A DNA stretch of 63,232 nucleotides, filler included, from Rhabdomonas costata (taxonomy: Eukaryota), in NCBI GenBank assembly GCA_019059605.1. It is 51 parts of 51 records of this genome, joined end to end, with 100 filler letters (N's around TTAATTAATTAA, not from the genome) between each part and the next. Parts side by side here need not be neighbours in the genome. Positions count along the whole stretch, not along the records: positions 1 to 1,143 come from JAHMHO010026506.1; positions 1,244 to 2,386 come from JAHMHO010026507.1; positions 2,487 to 3,629 come from JAHMHO010026508.1; positions 3,730 to 4,871 come from JAHMHO010026509.1; positions 4,972 to 6,115 come from JAHMHO010026510.1; positions 6,216 to 7,358 come from JAHMHO010026511.1; positions 7,459 to 8,601 come from JAHMHO010026512.1; positions 8,702 to 9,843 come from JAHMHO010026513.1; 43 more parts are not named here. One strand, 5' to 3'. The notes under the pieces were generated by a model. The model had not been told where the DNA came from, ran no database searches, and worked only from the letters and a program-made list of their open reading frames with translations. Made by a program: the position numbers and the translations under genes. Positions 1-9,555 of this stretch are shown here, in pieces. How positions within the stretch are numbered: the stretch's first letter is position 1; each line of letters begins with the position of its first letter.

Positions 1-723
1 CGCCACAGTGCACCTGGAGCCCCGCGGAGTGTCCTTTCTGACACAGGTCCCCCATGACACCCATTTCTTTTCTCCCAACCCCTACTCTGACCTTTCCTCT
101 CCATTGCTCCCCATTCTATTTTCGGTGCTCCCTCGAACCTATCTTGTCTCGCCATTTTGTGTTTTTCTCCGCTCTGTGTCGCCCTCCATGCAGGTGTCAA
201 TTTAAAACTCAAGAGTGGGTTTTTCAGAGAAAGAGAGAGAGTGTGTGTGTGTGTGTGTGTGTGAGGAGGAAAATCTGCCCTGAATTAAATCGGATCAATT
301 GAATGACGATTAAATATCTCGCGTGTCAGTGGATTCGAGTCCAGTAGATTTGAGAAAGCTCTTTCTCATGGCAGCTGCCCCCTCCCCGGGGTCAACTGTT
401 CTGGCGAGCGCTTCTTCTTTGGGTGTTTTTTTTTGCTTGAGAGTGAGCTCCTTCCGCAGATCTTGCTTTGCTACTGCCACAGCGTTGCCAAGCATTATTG
501 CCTCGATATTGAGTTGAAAATTGACTCTCCTCACGTGCGTCAGTGGATTTGAGTTTAGATCCTCCGTGGTTCCCCCAAACAAAAACTCACCAGCAGGTGT
601 TTATATTTTTTATATTATATGGCAAGCGCATCTCCGGCATCCTTTGCAGCCTTCCCTGCACCTCATGCTTGCTCGCTCATGCTTGTGGGTTTTTTGGCTT
701 GAGTGTTGTTGCTCCTTCCGCAG

Positions 724-912
724 ATCTGGCTGTGCTATTGCCGCAGCCTTGCCAAGCAGCACCATGCGCTGCCCTCCGTGATGCTGGAAATGGCAGTTAC
801 ATCGGTGGGCGGGCTTGTGGCGGGCGTGGCTGGGTCCTACCACTACCAGGGGATCCTGGCAATGCCCTACCTCCTGATCGCCGCCGCCCCGAATGAGGAG
901 GTCGTCCCCCAG
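724..912 (+). CDS. Internal exon, unknown protein (IWLCYCRSLAKQ...PNEEVVPQ)
   Basis: ccgcag acceptor and CAG|gtttgt donor; 189-nt open frame with GC3-rich codons. Confidence 0.5.
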
Positions 913-1143
913 GTTTGTCTGCTGCTTCACCACCACAAACGACGAGCGAAATGAGCGATTGTGGGGCACGCCACTGGCGACCAACCACTTCCCTGGAAAT
1001 CGACGATCGTCCGCTCATCACAGCGCACAGCGCACAGCGCCCGGGAGAATAAAGTAGAAGGAACGAACATCTATGCGCCGCGAAGCGGAGCGGAAGCATC
1101 CTGTAAACAGCCCATGGGAACGTGCTCGCCCCCCCCACCCACC

Positions 1144-1243
1144 NNNNNNNNNNNNNNNNNNNNNNNNNNNNNNNNNNNNNNNNNNNNTTAATTAATTAAN
1201 NNNNNNNNNNNNNNNNNNNNNNNNNNNNNNNNNNNNNNNNNNN
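1144..1243. other. Artificial contig linker (44 N + TTAATTAATTAA + 44 N); first of 50, spaced about every 1242 bp up to ~62094
   Basis: The same six-frame-stop 12-mer flanked by N runs recurs at regular intervals, and the intervening contigs are all ~1138-1144 bp (size-sorted unplaced contigs). Confidence 0.99.
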
Positions 1244-1401
1244 GGGGTTTGGGTTACCTTGTGGGTACCGGTGGTCAGCACTCCACTCCATCCGTCTTCG
1301 TCTTCTTCTTCTTCTTCTATGGTATGGTTTCTAGGGTAGAGTGTAGCGTAGGGTATAGTAGTGGTTGTGGTTGTGGAGTGGAGTCCACTGTAGGGTGGAG
1401 T

Positions 1402-1515
1402 GAAGACGAACACACGCGCGAGGAACCCAAGGTCCACGAAGGCCAACATCACGACTTCCCAACATCCCACCGCTTCCGCGAACACCTGTAACCCCACCCA
1501 TACGAACTGAACCCC
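1402..1515 (-). pseudogene. Hydrophobic mitochondrial-type fragment, possibly nad5 N-terminus
   Basis: FVWVGLQVFAEAVGCWEVVMLAFVDLGFLARVFVF has the same G+T strand skew as cob and loosely resembles nad5 (FYEV...W.D.G.F). Weak. Confidence 0.25.
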
Positions 1516-1529
1516 GACACGCCGAACCC

Positions 1530-1990
1530 GGACATAGCCCTGAGGAAACACCACTAAGTACACCCGACCCACGCAACGCACCACCAGCACCAGGAGTAAC
1601 CGTAAACCCAAGGACCACCAAACAAGCACACAATCAAAACCGCCATGGCCGCAATACCCAAAGCCTTGTGAGGAATCGCCCGAATGACACTGTAGAAATA
1701 CCACTCAGGAACAATCAACGCAGGAGTGACAATAGGGTTAGCAGGCACATAGAAGTCAAAATGTCCGAAGCGATCTGGGTCCCAGAATGCACACATACCC
1801 AGAATCAACGCAGGAATACACACGATAGCAGCATCACGAGCTCGCTCGGCTGAAAGACAATAACAACTCGCAAGAACAAACCCCGTGGCCAATTGCACAC
1901 CCACCCACATACCTGCACAGAACCCCAATGACTAGCCTGAAGACAACAACGCCGACGTACTCTATGCCCTCTTCGAAACGACTTGCAACA
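1530..1990 (-). pseudogene. cob: Mitochondrial-type cytochrome b, internally deleted, with in-frame TAGs
   Basis: Helix A region (SLGFCAGMWVGVQLATGFVLA..Y) is fused to RD..helix E, then GHFDFYVPANPIVTPALIVPEWYF and YSVIRAIPHKALG, then AWVGC. PANP..TP..I.PEWYF is diagnostic of cytochrome b. Confidence 0.92.
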
Positions 1991-1999
1991 AGGCGGAAG

Positions 2000-2385
2000 A
2001 ACCCAGCACACAACGGTGACAGGAAACCGAGACCGACACCGACACCCACCGCAGAACCCCAGCGCCCAAAGGAATCCGACACCACGCATGTATATTCCCA
2101 GCACCACAAACGCAGAAGCCGAAACCCGAACCCATGAACCCCAACAATAAGGAAACTGCAAATCCACACCAGCACCAACGAAACACGAACGGACACAGAA
2201 GAACCAACAACCGTAGCGAAGGAAACCACCAAGAGCAAAACGAAAGCGTGATACCGAAGAACCACCGCTTGACACCTCCACAAGAACCACGATTCCACAC
2301 CAACCTCAGAACCTCAAAACCCCGAATGCCAGAACCCAGACACAAGACACAGAACCCGAAACCTACAAGCAAGACCCAAACCCCC
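2000..2385 (-). pseudogene. nad4: Mitochondrial-type NADH dehydrogenase subunit 4 fragments, frameshifted and internally deleted
   Basis: Motifs occur in nad4 order across two frames: VEVSSGGS (~VEAPTAGS, 2281), LGGFLRY (~LGxYGFLRF, ~2227), VDL (~IDLK, 2167), SFLIVGVHGF / VSASAFVVLGIYMR (~SILLMLSHGLVSSALFLCVGVLYDR, ~2157-2084), GLGF/PVT (~NMSLPGT, ~2031). Aligned by eye. Confidence 0.6.
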
Positions 2386-2908
2386 CNNNNNNNNNNNNNN
2401 NNNNNNNNNNNNNNNNNNNNNNNNNNNNNNTTAATTAATTAANNNNNNNNNNNNNNNNNNNNNNNNNNNNNNNNNNNNNNNNNNNNTGTTGTTGGGATAC
2501 GACGCAGAGATCCCGCTTCCTTGAAAACAGAAGCGGGATCTCTGCGTCGTATCCAAACTTTCACGGGCTGCACTCCACATCTTTTCCCTCTTGTTTTCAT
2601 CACAAAGAACGCACGCGTGCGAATGACTCAGTGTGTTCCTTCGTGCGTATGTGTGCGTAGAGCGTATTGCACGGTTACTCCTGCTGCTGTATTCGTTCGT
2701 TCCATCTGTACTAATATCGATTCTTGACCCAAGAAGTCGGGGATCACTCCCTGTGCTGCTCGGCCTTAGGGGCACAATTCCGCACGGGACTGCCTCGAAT
2801 GTGCTCTCACCGAAACCTGTTGCTGCTTCTCTCTTTCTCTTATCTCTCTCTTTACTACGTATTTACTCCCTCTTTCTCTGCCCCCTCCCCCTCCCCATCT
2901 AGTATTAC

Positions 2909-3024
2909 CGCTCTTGCGGTCAAAGATGACCCAGGTCGAGACCAGCTGCTCGGCCAGCAGGAAGGAGGCGGTGGCCTCGGCCAACCGGCCGACTTTGCAG
3001 AACGCCTCGCCCTTCCAGTACATC
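2909..3024 (-). CDS. Exon encoding a TPR-like motif
   Basis: ttag acceptor and gtaata donor; MYWKGEAFCKVGRLAEATASFLLAEQL fits the TPR G..L...G...EA...F..A spacing. Confidence 0.6.
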
Positions 3025-5708
3025 CTAAGAGAGACCCGGGAATGTCTGTGTGTGTGTGTGTGTGTGCACGAATCGCACTCATCAAGAGACACAACCCAAT
3101 ATTCAACCACACCAGCCCAGGTTTACGGGGTTTACCGGCTATCAGCTGTACACCCACCCACCTTGCATAACTGTGCATCTCCAGTTTTCAGCGTGCACAG
3201 CTAAATTATCGAAGTTGCCAAAATAGTTTGGAAACCCTGGCAGAATCTTCCGTGCATTTCGGCAAAACGATCTGGACAGCTGGGGCAATTCAGGAATTCC
3301 TGCCTGCTGAATTTCAAGCAATAGAAGGCTATAGGAATACAGCAGGCAACACCGTAAACATATGTAAACATATGTTTCTGTAATTGCGCACGTCCGTGCC
3401 TTTTTTTGTAACATCGCTGTGCTTCCTGACCCGCGGACACCAGAACTTCACCGTATCCCGAATGGGTGTGTGCAAACTTTTTTAAACAAACATTTTAAAC
3501 AGGGAATTGCGGCTTCTTGCATTTGGCCCCGCTTTTCGGATTTTAGGGCCTTGCTGCACGGCACCCTACGGCGCTGGATCTGGCGGGGCATCCTGGGGCG
3601 AAAGTAGCGAATTTAGGACCCAAAACCCCNNNNNNNNNNNNNNNNNNNNNNNNNNNNNNNNNNNNNNNNNNNNTTAATTAATTAANNNNNNNNNNNNNNN
3701 NNNNNNNNNNNNNNNNNNNNNNNNNNNNNGTTTGTGGGTGCCGCGTTTCATGGGCAAGCCTCTTCAGAGTGACCGAAACCAAAACAGTAAAACGTGTCCT
3801 CTCCAGACCCCCTTGGCTCGACGTGAGACGGAGGTATGGAGAGGACACGTTTTACTGTTTTGGTTTCGGTCACTCTGAAGAGGCTTGCCCATGAAACGCG
3901 GCACTCACAAAAAGTAATCAGCAATGGGAGGGGGGGGGGGATCGGGGCGCTGGGCTCCCTGTCACTTTGGACCGACGGTGCAGATTGACGGTCCGAAACT
4001 GGTTTGAAACCCAGGTGGTAATAAGCCCAGATGGAAGTAAAACCAGATGGTAAGATTGGCTCTATCTTCTCGTGTATTTCTTACTCTGGAAGGAACCGTG
4101 TACCGTGTTGCACAGCTTGCCAACGGGCGTGCTTGAATACTTTATGGGCCGGGAAGGGGGGGGGGTTCAGGAGTTGATGCTCTCCTTCCTGAAGGCAACC
4201 GGTGCTCACTCTGTTGATTCCCGTATCACGGACGCTGTTGTGAATAAGACATCGGGGTGTGCTCTCCCGAACCCTAGCAACTGATGGGCGTGGGTAGATG
4301 AGGGGGCAGGTGTATTGCTTTCATGAGATCCACGCACTCCTATGCTGTATCCATTCTCGGTGCTTCTGCGGCATCCCTTTCGCTCGTTTTGTTCTTTTAT
4401 GAAGAGCAGGTGCAATCAGGTATCCACCAGAATTATCATCGTTCATTGCAATGTTTTTTCACCACGAAGCACTCTTGCGGCTTGCAGGTTTTTTGTTCCT
4501 TCTGCGGCATGAGCGCATCATCCTAACGGATGGTTATGTTCATGTACCATGTGAGACGTTCGCTGTTGACACGCAATACAGCCAGAGCCTTTCCACATCA
4601 CCTCGGTGACAAGTGGTCATTCTCCACATCACATCGGTGATTTCTTGCAGGCGGCCGCTTTTTGTAGCGGAGATCAGTCGGCTGCTTCGCAGCTCTCTTG
4701 ACAGCGAAGACCCAGTGGTGGCTCTGGAGGGCGGCTGTCTAGTATGTTAAAGATGTTCGAAAACTTCACCCCACATCACACCTTCATTCTCCTGCCGTAC
4801 ACCACCGCACTGCACTGGCTCCATTCCACTCAGTTCTATTCGGCTTTGCTCCCTTGTGATGCTCCTCTCTGNNNNNNNNNNNNNNNNNNNNNNNNNNNNN
4901 NNNNNNNNNNNNNNNTTAATTAATTAANNNNNNNNNNNNNNNNNNNNNNNNNNNNNNNNNNNNNNNNNNNNGTTTTGGTGGAAGATGGGAGTTTTCCCTA
5001 CGCCGAAGCCATGCGTTGCGCCGCTGGGACTGGGTGAGTGTGGGGGTTGCCACGGGGACCTGCCACAATACTCTCCGAAGTCTCGGCGAGCTGCTTCTGG
5101 CGACTCTCAATGACGTTTGCTGAAGGGAAAAGTGTGTGTATGTGTGTGTGTGTGTGTTCGTGCACACACGTGCGTCCACATCACCTCAAATGTGAACGAG
5201 CATGATTCCGGCGAAAGATGTCCAGTGAAAACAGCGAACCCCTTGTTATTTTTGGTCCGTTTGTGTGGTTGCTTGCACGGCAGAAACCGGATTCATTCTA
5301 CATCTGTCTCACTTTGTCGCGAGTTGTCTTTTCGCAGCAACCCTGAAGGTGGACGGGGAGGAGGGATGAGCCCATATTACAAAGGTGAACCCCACAATGG
5401 AAATTACATATGGGCCGCGCCAACCCAACGTCTCCTGTTTGTACAGGCACGTGCAGCGAGCTTCAGGTATTCCGTCCCCCCCCCTTTTGCCCGTACCCCG
5501 TCCGTGATTGCATAACGCGTGGGTTGGGGAAGCTGAATCCGAGGTAATCAATAGGTGTACTTGAGTTGCTATCACCACACACACACACACACACACACAC
5601 CATATACACAGACAGTGACACAGTGACACAGTGACCCTCACTCACGGTCGGCACAGGCTTTTTCAGCCTTGGCGACAAACTCTACTACAACCCCACCCGC
5701 CCACACAG

Positions 5709-5825
5709 GCCTTTGTGCAGGCGCATGTTGTCCAGCTGGGTCAGCAGGGCTTCCTGCCGGCACTGCAGCTGCTCAGCCAGCTCCTCGAAGTGCTCGTTGA
5801 CCTTCCGCAGCGCCTCGCGGTAGTT
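5709..5825 (-). CDS. Exon encoding a coiled coil (B-box C-terminal-like)
   Basis: ttttgcag acceptor; NYREALRKVNEHFEELAEQLQCRQEALLTQLDNMRLHK. The donor is uncertain (possibly AAG|gc). Confidence 0.55.
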
Positions 5826-5999
5826 CTGCAAAAGAAAACAAAAATGGAGAGGCAAAAGAAACCACAAAAATGTGCACATAACAACTGTGCGCACAGGAAA
5901 ACAAGGCAGCAGCTCAAGCAACGGAATTCCTCAAGAAACGTGCACTGCAGCTCGCATTCACACCCATACACACACGCACATGCACAACGAAGATAAGGC

Positions 6000-6035
6000 A
6001 AACCAAACCAAACCAAACCAAACCAAACCAAACCA
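6000..6035. repeat. (AAACC)n microsatellite
   Basis: About 7 tandem copies. (TG/CA)n tracts are also common, e.g. 240-262, 3047-3066, 5576-5600. Confidence 0.9.
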
Positions 6036-6215
6036 AGACCCCCCCCCCTTTTTTTCCAAATCTTCAAGTCAAGACACGCCGGGCCACCGCAAGTCACACA
6101 CACACAAACAACAAANNNNNNNNNNNNNNNNNNNNNNNNNNNNNNNNNNNNNNNNNNNNTTAATTAATTAANNNNNNNNNNNNNNNNNNNNNNNNNNNNN
6201 NNNNNNNNNNNNNNN

Positions 6216-7062
6216 GTGGTGGGTGGGCTGCGGCACGGCAGCGGGGTGCAGACCTATCCCAACGGGGACGTCTACGTCGGCCTCTGGGAGGATGACCACA
6301 GGCAGGGCCCCGGGCGGCTCTCCAACAGCGCGGGGGACGTCTACGAGGCACCTTCTCACCCCAAACCCACATTCCGACAACCAGACCCACTTCATTGTGG
6401 TGGTGATGTTGTCCAAGTGGAATACAGATGCCCCCAAGCGTTCACAGACGCTCTAGCACGTCACCATCGCCGCACCTCCACAGCCTGAACGATTGTCCCA
6501 CTCTGGGAATTGGACATAACTCCCGGTCAAAGGTTAAGGCTCTCAGTGGGTTACTACGAACAAACACGTGCCTTTCAGTAAGGAGAGATGCGATGACATG
6601 AGTTTTCGTCTGAGTCACCTTTCTTCCATGGCTGGTAACTGCGTGTGGCGCCCTGTGCTCGCAACGATTGGTGCTGCTTAGATATATTGCATGGTGCGCT
6701 GTGCAGGGCGAGTTTGTTAACGACAAAAAGCACGGCCAAGGGGTTTATCGCTGGAACAACGGCACCTTTCACGAGGGGCAGTTCCAAAACGGCTACTTCG
6801 AGGGCCGCGGTGAGTGCCCCTCAATGACCTTTTTGCATTTTGCTTCCTCCCCCCCCCCCCTCTGGAGTGGCTTTCGCAATTCTGGAAGGACGTGTGGGTG
6901 AAGTCAACGCCAGCGAGCTGATAGTGTCCTTATGGTGGTGCTTTCTCCAGTTCTGGTGGCTTTCTGTGGAATGCATCTGGTGGTGAGGCTTGTGGCTTTG
7001 CAGGTACCCGTGTCTGGGCCGACGGGGACAGCTACGAGGGAGACTGGCACCTGGACCTCAAG
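6216..7062 (+). CDS. MORN-repeat protein, 3 exons (<6216-6347, 6707-6809, 7004-7062)
   Basis: The spliced product RHGSGVQTYPNGDVYVGLWEDDHRQGPG...GDVYE|GEFVNDKKHGQGVYRWNNGTFHEGQFQNGYFEGRG|TRVWADGDSYEGDW gives continuous MORN repeats with consistent intron phases. Confidence 0.93.
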
Positions 7063-7458
7063 GTGTGGAGTGGAGTGCTTTGGAAGTCGAGTAGCAGCGA
7101 GGAAAGCCTTACCGACGAGTACGGGGGGAGGGGCTCTCAAATTACGCCCGAATCTGGGCTCAACTTTGCTGCTCGCTATGGAAACCATGTGATTTCGTCG
7201 TTGCCTATTTCCACTCTTGCTTCCTCTCCGGTAGCCTGTGATTGAGATGAATCGTTTTCCCTTTGGTGTTGATACAGGTTTGTGTGGAGCCCGTATCATG
7301 GTCCTCACCTCACTTACTCTCAGGAGGGTCGGGGGCGTTGACTTCACCCACACCCCCCNNNNNNNNNNNNNNNNNNNNNNNNNNNNNNNNNNNNNNNNNN
7401 NNTTAATTAATTAANNNNNNNNNNNNNNNNNNNNNNNNNNNNNNNNNNNNNNNNNNNN

Positions 7459-7667
7459 CCATCGCGGCCACTTGAAGCGGGGCTACGGCAGCGTGCTGAG
7501 CTCCGTGGTACTCGCTCAGGCCCACCGGGCGGGGTGCCGAAAAATCCTGCTGCGGTCGAGCAACAGCTCGACGTTCTTCTGGTGCTCACAGGGCTACGGG
7601 GCGTATACCGCAGCACGGTCCGACCCGGTGATGGCGTACTACGATCACCACTGCATTGCCTTCCCAG
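7459..7667 (+). CDS. GNAT acetyltransferase exon (partial)
   Basis: HLKRGYGSVL matches the acetyl-CoA motif A and SSTFFWCSQGY matches motif B; CAG|gtcagt donor. Confidence 0.6.
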
Positions 7668-7915
7668 GTCAGTGTGTGTATGGAATTGAAGTGACCAGTG
7701 AATGTTGGGGAGATATACATTCAATCCGTGACACTCAGAACAGAAGCCGGAGCATAGGATAAGGCTGCGAATGTCAGAACTGGCGTAAGGAACCGTTCCG
7801 AGTCACCACGCCATGTGCATCGCAAATGGTGGTGGTGGCGGCGGCGGGTACGGGAAGCCCTACTCGAATGGAAAAGCAAGGTGCCGCGAAGCAGTTCGCG
7901 TTGCAACAGCATTTC

Positions 7916-7968
7916 CCGCAGAGGTGGGACCAGAAAACCGCAGAGGTGGGACCAGAAAACCGCAGAGG
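7916..7968. repeat. 22-bp tandem repeat, ~2.4 copies
   Basis: Unit ccgcagaggtgggaccagaaaa. Confidence 0.9.
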
Positions 7969-9382
7969 GTAGGGAACATGAAGTTGGGGTTTAGACCTCC
8001 CAAACGGGGTCTCGGAACACCCAGTGGCCCAGACGCGGACTATCAGGGAGGAACAAGAGCGGTAACATTTTCAGTCATACAGATTATGAGAGACAGGTTT
8101 CCCTTTCTTACGCGGCTTTCACATCACCCAAGAGAAAACAAAACCCCAGTAAAAAGGCCTAAATTAAAAGTTAGAGGTCCGGCGACTCGTGCCTCGACTC
8201 GAGCTCGCGAATCGTGCAAACTATTGCAGCCGCAGTGTTTTAATCCATCTTCTAGTAAAGCAAGTAAGAGCCCAAAAGTTAGAGAATATAGCGTAACGGA
8301 TTCCGGTATGAAGTTTTTTCACAGTGACGTTCAAAACCTGGCCCTTTTCGGCGTTGGATACTTTGTTTTTACTTTTAAACCGTAATTTTCTGCTCTGCGG
8401 TGTTTTCGGTGTCATTTGGACTGAGTGTGTTCGCGGGTCTCGATTGGCAGAATTTGTGAAAACCTCAACCCTTGGTTCCGTGAGGCGACCTTTTTAGCAT
8501 CGTTCCCAGCTTACACCTACATCTCACCGGTTACCCCCCTAATGTTCAGAGACGGTTCTGATGCAGCGAGACGTCGTGCGCAGTTTCCCATACAACAACC
8601 CNNNNNNNNNNNNNNNNNNNNNNNNNNNNNNNNNNNNNNNNNNNNTTAATTAATTAANNNNNNNNNNNNNNNNNNNNNNNNNNNNNNNNNNNNNNNNNNN
8701 NTGTTGGGGGTCTCCCTGCCTTTCTCCTCAGAGAGCGATCGCCTGCAAGAGGAGAAAGGCAGGGAGACTCCTAATACGTGAAGCGTACCCTGTTGTATAG
8801 CATGATGAAGGGAAAGGGCTGGCGATGGGGGAGGAGGGAGGCAGGAATTGACCATCCCCTTTTTCCTCTCCACCGCGTCCACCGCGTGGAATCTGCCTCA
8901 CTAGTTACATGCTGAGCGGGTGCTGGAGGATGAGGGCGGGTGGTAAGACTGTTGAGCACAACTTTAGAGGAAATCCCCCTGAGTAATGTTCTGCTATTTC
9001 GCTAGTTCACAAACTTTTGAAAGCGAAGCAAGGCGGTTGACAGACGCACCATATTCAACATTCCCGTCTAAAATGTGCGCAACCACCCAGACCAGTTAAC
9101 AGAGCCTGACGCAGATGCTGTGAATTTGGGCTCTTTTGGGGCCTTTTCGGAAATTTCCCGGGACATTTGCGTCTTGGCGAGGAAGCCACTGGTCATCTCG
9201 TGATGACGTTTAAGTGCCGAAGCGTTGCCGAAAATTGCGGGAGCTAACTTTGGTCTCTGTTGGCACACATTTTCAGTCCACTTCTGAGGTAAAAGAATAT
9301 TTTTCTTTTTGCGAAATACAACATATCCGACTCTGGCGGCGTGCGCCCGTAGAAGCAGCGGATGAAGAAGCGAGAGAAAAAC

Positions 9383-9555
9383 CTGAGCTGGAGCTCCTGC
9401 TGGTTGAACAGCGCCGGGGGCACGTAGGTGGCGTGCACAGTGTTGCTGTACCGGACCGAGCCCGGCTGCGTGGACGAGGCCGCGGGGGTGACCTGAACCG
9501 TCAGCGTCTGTCCGTCGCGCTCCACCTCCATCTGCACCGGCTCGTGAGCCTTGGC
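9383..9555 (-). CDS. Exon containing the C-terminal strands of a PDZ domain
   Basis: ccgcag acceptor and CAG|gttttt donor; EPVQMEVERDGQTLTVQVTP is typical of PDZ ends. Confidence 0.65.

Noticed and set aside
1188-1199. Regularly spaced TTAATTAATTAA as a biological repeat array
   Set aside because: It is always embedded in N runs and is a synthetic six-frame stop spacer.
1554-1556. Third cob TAG as evidence for UAG=Tyr
   Set aside because: Read-through gives non-cob sequence, whereas a one-T frameshift gives a good alignment, so this site does not support reassignment.
3730-3911. miRNA precursor or MITE
   Set aside because: It belongs to a systematic class of contig-terminal fold-backs with primer-derived mismatches.
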